Shown one piece after another: positions 24,101 through 34,725 of a DNA stretch of 64,000 bases. Numbering within the stretch: position 1 is the stretch's first letter; every line of letters starts with the position of its first letter. The notes under the pieces were generated by a model, which was not told the DNA's origin, ran no database searches, and worked only from the letters and a program-made list of their open reading frames with translations. Source of the DNA: Monocercomonoides exilis PA203 (lineage: Eukaryota > Protista > Preaxostyla); assembly GCA_001643675.2 (NCBI GenBank), contig LSRY02000039.1:868001-932000 (forward strand), written 5' to 3'. Made by a program: the position numbers and the translations under genes.

Positions 24101-26853
24101 CAAATTATAAACAGAAAATAAAAAATAAATTGTTGAATTGGTCGATAATGTAAATGCACATGTAGATTTCATATTAAATAAATAAATAAATAAATCTTTT
24201 CATAAAAGAAAGAAACATACAAAGAAGGGTGCAGAGAATTCAAGATGTGTATGCGTGGATCATTCGTGGCACGAGGTACATAAACATCTGACACAAATAT
24301 GTCTCTATGGAATCGCAGATAACAAGGGGAAATGAATGAGAAAGAGATGTGATGATTAAGATTTCAATGAGGAGGTTAAAAAAAAATAGAAAATGAAAAA
24401 AATAAATAAAGTTTTGAATAAAATTCATGATGACAACAATTGGGCAAATAAAAGAAAGAGAAAAAGAAAAAAAGAAAAATCAATACGCAATCACAAGTAA
24501 TATCAAGAAAGCAAATTCACCAATCATGTTCAATCGCACACTTCTCTGCAATTGGCTCGAACATCTTCAGAACAGGCTCCATTTCCTTCACAGGATCAGT
24601 CGTCTCCATCAAGCAGCTGATAAACACTGTGATATACTTCTTAGAAGAGGAAGAAGAAGAAGAAGAAGAAATCGAGTTGTTTGTGGGCATTGGAGAGTCA
24701 GAGGCAGAAAGGGAAGCTGATTGAGAAGAGGAAAGATGCTTCGGCCGGCTGAATGAAACGTAAACAGCTGATTTTCGGTTCAGTTGCTTTGGCGGCACGA
24801 TGATCAGCCCAGTTTCAGAGGATGCTCCTTTCACGGGGAGATCTGAAGAGAGAAAGGGGAGAAGAGAAAGAGAGAGAGAAAGAAAGAAAGAAAGAAAAGA
24901 GAGAGAGAAAGAGATAGAGAGAGAGAGAGAAAGAGAAAGAGATAGAGATAGAGAATGATTAAAAGAATAGAAGGCAGAGGGAAAAAAGGTTTGTTAAAAT
25001 GAAAAGAAATGGAATTTAATGATAATAAGAATAACAACAATAAAATGAAGAAGAAGAAGAAGAAGAAGAAGAAGAAGAAGAATTGAAAATAACAAAATTC
25101 ATCCAAATAATATCAACATAAATATTAACAAAGCAAATAAAAAAATAAAGTCAATAAATATGATTTTGCACACGGTTGAGGAGGAGGACGGCTGTGATGA
25201 TTTCTCCATTGTTCTGGCAGAGATGGCGAGCATAAGAGGGATGGGCAACGATGTGGCTGCAGTGGATGAACTGAAGGACAGAATTGATGAATAAAAAAAA
25301 GAAAGAGAGAGAAAGATTGAAAGAGAAAAAGAGAAAGAAATAAAAAGAAAGAAAGAGAGAAAGAGAAAGAGAGAGAAAGAGAGAAAGAAAGAGAGAGAGA
25401 GAGAGAGAGAGAAATCGTTTTCAGTTATTTTAAAAGGCTTACTCCAAAACACAACCCACAAACCGATCCTTCTGTTGCCACGCCGAACAAGACGCTTTTC
25501 TTGTCGCATACAATTCGAACATCAGTTTGGCCAACAGAAATAGAAGCTCCATTCATCAGAGACACCCTTTTTGGATGAAGAAAGATGGAGAAGAAAGATA
25601 TGAAAATTAATTTATTAAATAAATAAAAATAGAAAATGTGGTCAACAATGAGGAAATTAAAGCAAATTGATGAGGAAAAGAAAATGGAAAGACAATGAAA
25701 AGATAAATTGAAAAGAAATAATTCGGACAATTATTAATTGAAGAAATATCAAATGTTATCTTTATTAAAATATACATCCGCTTTTTCTTTGATCTCTTTT
25801 TCTTTTTAATTTTTCTTTCTTTGTCAAATAAAACAAACTGTTGAGCACGCTGTAAAAGAGCTGCATTTCCACCGAGTGGATAGAGATACGGGTGTTGGTC
25901 TGAACATATCGAGCATTCCAGCATGCGCCGTATAGACGACATCAGAGGCAAAGCCGGATGCTCAAGAAATCTGTTAATCACAAGCAAATTGACAGAGAGA
26001 TTGATAAATATTTAGGAGCATTCATAAAGAATAAAAATTAAAAGTTAAAGTTAAAGTACAAACTGCTCATTTTCTGCTGATCCAAGTCCATATGTCAAAA
26101 AATCGCAAGACTCTGCATCAATTTTGAAATGTTTAAGTACATCTTTAAATAGCATCTCGTTAAGTCGTAAATTTCCGTAAGTAGATGGATTGCTTTCATC
26201 AAATTGAGACAGAAACAAAAAAAACTTTCTCAATTTTCCTTTGTTTGTTAATCCAGTTAGACCTGTTTGCACCATCTGTGCTTCAGAAAATGGAACCTTG
26301 AAAAATAATTTAAAATATCAAATCCAAAACAGAAAACAAAATACATACGGGCACAATTTTTCCCTTGTGAAAGCAAAATAAGCTATCAACTTTTTCACAT
26401 TCCAATGAAGGAGAAATTCCCAAAGCAGCCAAAAATGCAGCAGAATATCCTTTTTAAAAAAATCATAATTTAATCTTTAGAAATTCAGCCCACATACCAT
26501 ATGTCGAAAGAAATTTTGGCTCCTGTTCTATCATAAGCTGTCTTCGCTCTGATATGTGACTTGAAGGCCTGGATTTTGTGTGACAAAATAAAAACTTAAT
26601 TTATTGATTACACAACAAAAACAATGTCGCACATCAATTTGTCGAGCCTTATAGGTGAAACTTCACATCCTAAATTGATTGATTTCTCTAACTGCAACAC
26701 TTTTAATCCCTGTGCAGAAAGCATTGATGTTATGAGTGTCTCTTTCAATCCGCTTCCTGTAAGATATTTCAGCATAAATTCCTCGAAATCAAACAAACAT
26801 TAAAGAATTATATGTATCAAACCCAAGACAATTACATCATAACTGTCTATCAT
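17931..26853 (-). CDS. Divergent Rab GDP-dissociation inhibitor (GDI/REP family) protein fused to a ~1,880-aa acidic/Ser-rich disordered tail; 12 exons, 2339 aa
   Basis: Exons 26823-26853, 26633-26756, 26498-26568, 26349-26449, 26064-26296, 25839-25970, 25464-25566, 25174-25270, 24542-24842, 24221-24304, 23854-23948, 17931-23578; all GT-AG and phase-consistent (total 7020 nt). GDI motifs: YDVIVLGSGLKE, PKFL, PYLYPL, HPSY, IIVPPKQLNRKSAVYV, FVSDVYVP. Confidence 0.82.
21429..21538. repeat. Coding 12-bp tandem repeat encoding (EEKK)~9
   Basis: Unit TTCTTTCTTTTC repeated ~9 times inside the last exon of the GDI-like gene. Confidence 0.9.
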
Positions 26854-27039
26854 TAAATAATAAGGAAGAATTATTCTTGATCTAATCAATCATAATATCT
26901 TTTTGATTATAATTTTTCAATGTTGAATTTGTTAATTTTTTGTTAATTTTTTCATCTTTCAATTTATGAAACTATTTTTCAAAATATCCAAAATATCAAA
27001 CACCCATATATTTTTTTATTTTGCTCTAAATGTTTTGAT
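26854..27039. promoter_or_regulatory. Probable compact bidirectional promoter
   Basis: 186 bp of AT-rich DNA between divergent ATGs (26853 minus, 27040 plus). No specific motif identified. Confidence 0.5.
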
Positions 27040-30000
27040 ATGCAGAAAGTTGAGAATTCAACATTAAAGGAAGATATATTTCCAAAGGATAAAGATTGTT
27101 TATTTAGATTTTCGATTCTCAATGAAAGAAGTTCTTTTTCAAAAAATATCGATGCTGAAACTCTTTCAGTGAAGATAAAATATGAAGATATCATATTGAA
27201 TGAAAATTCTTTTTACGAAGTTTTTTCTTATGAAGAACCCGCAGGTAATGTTCTTTGCAAACAATCAAGGAAAATATTTTATGATTGTTTCTTTGTTGAA
27301 TACTCATGTGATAGTTGTTTTTCGAACTTGGATCAGATTCTAACTTTCTGTCAAAGATTTCATTTAAACATTGACTCTGATGTATGTTTTCATTTTATCA
27401 ACACGTTTTCTGGAGAATTTCTTTTGCTTTTAGGATTCGTGGAGAATAATTATCAATGTCATTTCTGGCCTTGATATTTTGGATAGAAATTGCATGGTTC
27501 ATGGATTATTAGCTAGTAATACTGTTTTAGTCAAAGATGATGAAGTGAAGCTTTGGAAACATAATATAACTCCGTATCTTTCTTTTGAGGCACAACATCG
27601 TTTGAGAAATGAAAATATGGAATATTTCAGTCCAGAAACAAAGACAAAAGGAATAAACAGCATATCATCAGACGTATACAGCTTGGGTGTAATTATTTCG
27701 AAAATATTTGATTTCACCGCCTTCTGTGACGAGAATGATAGGAAGGATATGATGGAATTGCGTGAGGCGTGTTTGGAGACAGATCCTGCAAAGAGAATTA
27801 CGCTCGATGATTTGATTGAGCACCGCCTGATCGCAAAGCTTCTTCCATCAGAAAATTGCAATGAAATGTATCAGACATCACATTCACATGGAAGAGAAGA
27901 AGAACAAGAAGAATCAGAGGAAAGAAAAGAAAATGAGTCAGATGATGTTCTGAATGTAGATTTCGCAGCAATTGTGGCTCATTCGCTGAATGCTGGACGC
28001 TTCTCCTCTTTAAATGAAGCTTCTTCTTCTTCTTCTTCTTCCTGCTCCTCCTCTTCTTCCTCTTCTTCCTCTTCTTCTTCATCATCTTCCTCCTCTTCCT
28101 CCTCTTCCTCCTCTTCGATTGCCAAGCGCTATCAATCAGATCTGCCTCTTTCTATTCTCAATTTCAAAGCGGCTGTCAAAGAATATGCATATCAAATGAC
28201 TGAGCTTGCAGATGTTGGCAGACTCCTCGATTCACAAAGGAAGGAGATACCTGAAAGAAAAGAGAAGAAAGAAGAAGAAGAGAAAGAGAAAGAGAAAGAA
28301 GAAGAGAAGAAAGAAACGCCCTTTCAGATCTCATCCACTCCTTCTGCACATCCAAAATCCATTGCTCCTTCCCCCTCTTCAAATGCACAAATAAGAGGAG
28401 TTAGACATAACATAAGAGGAATGTTACAGCCAACAGTTTTTCCAAAAGTGCTGCCGAAGGCAAAGCCAAAGGCTGTTCCTAAGGCTTCTCCAAAGGTATT
28501 TCCTTCATCTTTTCCAAAAACTTATCCAAAAACTTGTCCAAAGGCAAATCCAAAGGTAAATCCAAAGGCAATTCCAAAAGCAACACAAAGTTTGATTGTT
28601 CGCTCTAACACATCGACTGGGATTCGAATAAATTCTGTCCCAAAAACCAGAATTTGTGTACGTGGAACACATGTCAATAGTATTGTTGGATATCCTTATT
28701 CTAATTCTTTTCATTCTTCTTCTTCTTCTTCTTCTTCTTCTTCTTCTTCTTCTTCTTCTTCTTCTTCTTCCTCTTCTACCTCTTCCAAAGACCCTTCATC
28801 AACTAAGCCCTATCTCGTCCTCTTCAGCCCCACACGCAAAGGTGAAGAGGTGATTGACTCGTGCGTGGCCTATGCAAACTGTCCTGCTCCTGCTCCTATT
28901 CCGCGAGGAAACAGAGAGGTTGGCTCGACCACCACCATTTGTGTGAAGAGGGGCACACCACATCTGCTGAACACATCCCTACAGCAGTTCGCTCAGAGAT
29001 GCAATGGCACGCTTTTCTACAAGTTAAAAGTTGAATATGTGAGAGAGGAAGGAGTGGACTATGGAGGAGTGAGGAAGGAGTGGTGCAGTGCTGTGCTGGA
29101 GGAGACTGTGAAACCCTGTTTTGGCTTGTTTGATGCTGTGAGAGGGGAGGATGGGAGGCAGACGCTGATGGTGTCGTCTGCTTGTGGCACACGGGCCTTG
29201 TATTATTCTCGTATTTGTTCTCGAGCTTTGAAGCTTGCTTCTTCGTTTCCTGTTTGCTCCTCCTCCTCCTCTTCTTCTTCTTCTTCACCTCCTCCTCCTC
29301 CTCCTCATCTTCAACCTCTTTCTCCCTTCCTCTCTGCTCATGCATGCTACTATGCATTCGTCGGTTCCCTCTTGGCCAAAGTGCTGATTGATGGCTTCAA
29401 CGTGGACTTTCCTCTGTCAGATGTGCTGTTGAAGCACATGCTGGGCCAGCCACTGCACATCAGTGATTTGTGGAGTGTGGATGCAGAAATGGCGAGGCAG
29501 CTGGAGAAGCTGGAAGACTACTCGGAGGAGGAGATGAAGGCACTGGACTTGAACTTCACGATCACGGAGGAAGTGATGGAGGGAGGGGGGAAGGAAAAGA
29601 AGGAGGAGAGAGAGAAAGAGGAGAATGAGAATGAAGATAAGAAAATAAAAGCTAACGAAATGAACATTGCACAAAAGGATCAAAAAGAAAGTGATGTTTC
29701 TTCAAAGTCAATGGTATCATCTCATCAAGCCGTTGGAGACGAGCAGCCAAACATGCGTGTGCGGAGAGCAGTTGAGATTGAGCTTATTCCTGGCGGGTCC
29801 TCCATTCCTGTTACTTGTGCAAACAGGAGAGAATTCATCGCCCTGACTGCACATCGCATCCTTTTTGGTGGTGAAACAAAGCAGAAGAACACAAAGACAC
29901 TGGTAGATGCATTCCACTCTGCACTACCCCAGCGCATGCTCGCCAGCCTCACAGTTCCCCAGTTGCGGCTGCTTCTGTGCGGACAGGGCAGGATCGATGT

Positions 30001-30361
30001 GGAGGACTGGAAGAAGAACACAATCTATAGAGACGGCCTGTCACGAAGATCGCCAATTGCCAAGTGGTTTTGGGAGGTGGTGGAAGAATCCAGCGAGCTA
30101 TGGAGAAAAAAACTACTGTTTTTTGTGACCTGCTTTTCTTCCCCACCGATTGGAGGGTTTTCCTGTCTTGACAGGACTCAAACTTCATATTCCCGTCGTT
30201 TTACTCTTTCATTGAACAAAGGAGTTGAATGTGATCGTCTACCTGTTGCTCATACTTGCTTCTTCAATCTTGAACTTCCACGGTATCATACGAAACAACA
30301 ACTTAAATGTAAATTGCAAATGGCTGTAAATCATTGTAAAGATGGGTTTTTGATTCAGTGA
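27040..30361 (+). CDS. N-terminal pseudokinase plus C-terminal HECT E3 ubiquitin ligase
   Basis: Exon 27040-27381, 52-nt intron 27382-27433, exon 27434-30361. Kinase-like VHGLLASNTVLV, YFSPE, SDVYSLGVI, CLETDPAKRIT. HECT motifs EEGVDYGGVRKEW, ELIPGG, IDVEDW, KWFWEVV, LLFFVT, LPVAHTCFFNLELPRY (catalytic Cys present). Confidence 0.9.
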
Positions 30362-30526
30362 ATAATTTTTACATTTTAACTTTCATTTGATTTATTGTGA
30401 ATTTTGATCTTACCCTTTATGTTACCTTTAATTTTTGAAGTTTATTTTAAAAAATGGAAGTTTGCTTTTTCCGTTGAATTTAATAGCAATCCTGCTTTTT
30501 AAAATATTTATGTTTACTTTTTCAAA

Positions 30527-31262
30527 ATGGAAAAGAAATGTTATTTTTCTTCTGAGCCAAAAGGCGAACAGAAAAGGATACGAACAAGAATGAATGAAGA
30601 ATCAAGAGTCTGTCAAGATGATATTGATGAGGCACGTGCAGAAGCAAAAAGAAGAAAATTACAAAAACTGGATGAAGAACGAGCACAGCTGTACCTTGGA
30701 TCCCCACATGAAAGAAGAGCTGCTCAGTTTATATTTTTTTTACTTTTATATTTGGAGGGCAATATTGCATTCAATATGTTCTAACTTTTTCTTTTTTTTT
30801 CAATGTAGACAAAAGCAACTTGATGCTTTGAAAGAGCAAATGAAAGAAAAGGAGTATATAAAGCATTCTGGCTCAAGTTCAGCTCGAGTTCTTGTATTCA
30901 ATTGATATTAATTCGTACACCATTCTGAAAAAACCGAATTTTATTTATATATTTTTCTGTGATAAATTTTGATTTTAGGGATCAGAAACAACAGATCTCT
31001 CTGATAAAATTCGTCAAACAGATGAAATCAGAGCTCAGGAAAGGAGAGCCCAAGAAATTGCTCTTCGTGAGCAAAATAAAAAGGTTTTCAATCATTAACT
31101 TCCATTATTAAAAAGTGTTTTGTTCAATCATTGTATTTTGAAAATGTGTTTTAGATTGCTGAAGAAAGAAGAGTTGCAAAGGAAAGAGAAAAGGTTAGCG
31201 ATGCTCGATACGTTGAGTCAACAGAAGCGTTTATAGGATCATTTGGTAAGAGTTTAAGATAA
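30527..31262 (+). CDS. Small coiled-coil hypothetical protein, 4 exons
   Basis: Three short GT-AG introns join E/R/K/Q-rich exons in frame, ending TEAFIGSFGKSLR*. Confidence 0.7.
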
Positions 31263-31607
31263 AAAAGCTTGTTTGATTCTCCCTTCTAATACACAACAAC
31301 ATTTCCAAAGCATTATATATGTTATTTTTTAAATAAATATTTTCGTTCATATCACATAATACTGCAAAACTGTTAAAAAATCAAATTTATCAAATTTATC
31401 ATTGAAAGAAATGGGAAATTAATTTTTTGTAATTTCATTTTCACATGTAAAATTAAATAATCTCAACATATTTTGAGGATTATCTAATTATTATCAACAT
31501 CTGGAAATAAAGAATTATCTTTTCGATTAAACAAAAAATTAAAAAATATTTTAAACCTGTGAAAAGTGAAAAAGAATTTATCTTTATGGACACCAGTTTA
31601 ATATCAC

Positions 31608-31647
<40 letters not shown>

Positions 31648-31867
31648 AAAAGAAGAAAAACATTTGTCATTTATTGCTGTAATAATTGGATATTATCACA
31701 TTGGGTTTTGGACAACTTTTTTGTGATTATGTTCGTTTGTGATTATATGCAATGCTGTTTGACACCGAATTCAACAAATGGTATATTGAAGAATTAATTA
31801 TTTTGTGTCGAATAATTTTTCTGAAAAAAGTCTTCGAAAATACATTTTTCGATAAAAAAACCATAAA

Positions 31868-32881
31868 TAGGGCTATAATTTAATCTTGACCTTTTTTCTT
31901 TATCTTGACCTTTTTCTTTTTTATTAAACTTTCAGCTATACACAAGCTTGTGATAAATAAAAAATAATCAGAAATGTTTGAAATGTTTTTATTTCCTTAT
32001 TCTGTATGTTTTTTTCAATATTTCATTTTTAGCAAAAAGATCGAGGATTATAATAATTTTATGTTTTGATCATTAACTTGCTGCTTTTCCAGCGAATATT
32101 TTTTATCGGAAGTTTAAAGCTATTATATCATTACACATCGTTTATTTTTTATAAGTCAAACTTATTTAAAACTTTCTCAACTTGTTTTTTTAACACTTTT
32201 TCTCATTTCACACATTTTTTCAAAAAACACGATTTTAAGGACAAATATGAATTTGTTTTGAAATTTATTGAAATTATAAATAAACATTATTATAATAAAA
32301 AGATTCTTGTTTATTTAAATGATAAATTATTTGTATATGTTTAATAATTTGAATAACAAAAAAATCATATACACTTGCTTTTTTGTTCAAATTTTTGAGA
32401 AGTTCCTTTTCATTTCAAAACTTAATACAAATAAACGATAATAAAGACTTTGTGTATTTTTTTCATTTAAATAAAATTTGACACAAACACTTGTTTATTA
32501 AAAAAATCGTGTTTTAAGCAAAAACAGTGAAATGAGAAAAAAAGGTTAAAAATTTTATTGAAAAAGTCAAAAACAAGTTAAAATGATAATATAGGAATGT
32601 GAAATTTTGATGCTGTGGATTAAAACATTCCGTATGAAATATTGGCTTCACAGCCAGCAAGTCTTTGATCTGGGTCCTAAAATAATAAAAATTTTGAATA
32701 TTTTTTTGAACATAAAAATCTCAAAAAATTTTTTAACAGAATTCTGAAAAACAAAAATATCAGAAAGTCCATTTATTTTGTTTTTGTTTTTAGCCTTTTC
32801 ATAAATCAAAAAAGCAAAAATAAGTTTCAAAAAAATAGGGTTGAGATAAAAAATTGAGGTCAAGATAAAATAAGCACCCTA
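31868..32881. mobile_element. Degenerate ~1-kb hairpin/MITE-like non-autonomous element
   Basis: Left end TAGGGCTATAATTTAATCTTGACC vs reverse complement of right end TAGGGTGCTTATTTTATCTTGACC. Internal arms also pair (32201 TCTCATTTCA / 32528 TGAAATGAGA; AAAACACGATTTT / AAAATCGTGTTTT). No ORF. Confidence 0.7.
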
Positions 32882-33264
32882 TTATCAGTGCATTCCTTAA
32901 TTCTAATTTGAACATATTTTTGAAAAGTTTTAAAAGCTTGATTTAGTGTCTAAAAATCGATTAAAGATAGTTAAAATCGACCAAAGTCAAATGAAATGCG
33001 ACATTTAATATTTGATCCTGTGAATAAATACAATTGAAAAATGAACGAAAAAAAAGCAAAAAATGTTCATGTTCAGAAAAGTCTCACCAAAAACGATGTT
33101 GACTATTAGCGATGTGAAAATGTCCTGTTTTGATAATATTTATTTCTGTTGTGATTTTTTCTTTTTTTATTCATCTCTGATGTGACAATTATTGTCACGT
33201 TTATCTGTGACTGAATTTTTCATGTAGAAAATCAGTACGTCACACAGGTTTCGATATTTTTAGA

Positions 33265-33673
33265 TATAGTTAGTGTTTATAAAGGTGAACACTTTCAATA
33301 ACTGTGGACGGTGGTATTTTCTCAACAGCCATTGATAGTTGCATTTTGATAATAAACCCAACTATCCACTCAATGAATATAAACTAATATGTTTTGTTAA
33401 AATGACTCATCCAAAACAATGCTTTATATTGAAGTTATTTTTTCTTTTCGGAGAAAACTGGAGATATCAGATTCTAAGGATTTATCAAAGAATAGATAAT
33501 ATTCTTTTCTTGATTCTGAAGAGCAAGTTGTTTAGTTTCAGAATGTCCAATAAGTTTGTTTTCATTCCGGGTTTAATTGGATTAATTGTTAAAAAGCAAC
33601 TGTCAACGGTTGTTGAGAAAATGCAACTGTCCACAGTTAATGAAAGTGTCCACCATTACTAACACAAACTATA
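33265..33673. mobile_element. MITE-like element (~410 bp) with long imperfect terminal inverted repeats and possible TA target duplication
   Basis: Left GGTGAACACTTTCAATAACTGTGGACGGTGGTATTTTCTCAACAGCCATTGATAGTTGC pairs with right GCAACTGTCAACGGTTGTTGAGAAAATGCAACTGTCCACAGTTAATGAAAGTGTCCACC. Outer ends TATAGTT...AACTATA lie on the same axis. Confidence 0.82.
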
Positions 33674-34276
33674 TATTTCAACTTATACAGAATTCATTTT
33701 TATGAAAAAAGTCTATCATATCATTCTTTCTTCAATTTGAATGACTTGAAATTTGAGCTTTTTCACAAGCAATTATCAAAACGATTGCTTGATTTTCTGA
33801 ACAATTTTAATGTGATTCTTTTTTCAATAATATGTCTCGGATTGGATTTTTCATAAAATAGTGTGATTGATAAGAAAACAATAATATAAAAATCTTTTAA
33901 AGAAAACAGCATTAAAATATTTATGCACCCTCTTTTTTTATTCCAAATAATTGTTTTGCATTCTGACAAATTAGACAACTCATTTTGTGAGATACAGACA
34001 AATTATTCTGCGAAAAGATTTTGTTTAATAAACAAAATAAAGAAAAATTTTATATTTTAATCAAATCTCTGTTCTCACACATGAAAAATTCCTGGATAAA
34101 AAAATATCCTTGATAAAGCAACTTTCACTTTTCCTGAAGAACAACATAAGAAGAAACTGTAATTTAATCAAAACATGCGACTTTCATTTTCACTGGAAAA
34201 ATAAACAAAAATGACTTCAATATCATATTTCCACAATGAAATTGTAGTTTCCGAAAATTGTGGAATTATTTACATG

Positions 34277-34409
<133 letters not shown>

Positions 34410-34725
34410 TAATTATAATAAAAATAAAAAATAAATTTAAAAAATAAAAAAATAAAAATAAAAATAAAATATATTATGAGACTATAAACTAAAAATGTAA
34501 GCACAAATTATTTCTCAATAAATTCCTAAAAGGTTAACTCAAAAATCTACAAATATAGTTATTTTTGAAGAGATCGAATAAGATAAAGTTAAAATGAGGG
34601 GGGAAAAAGCCGAGATGGAATGAGATAGAAAAGAAAGAAAGAATAATAAGGATTGTTCAAATCAGAATTTAAATGCTCTTTAAAAATTAAGCAATTTTTT
34701 AATCACTCATCGAAATAAAAGGGAT

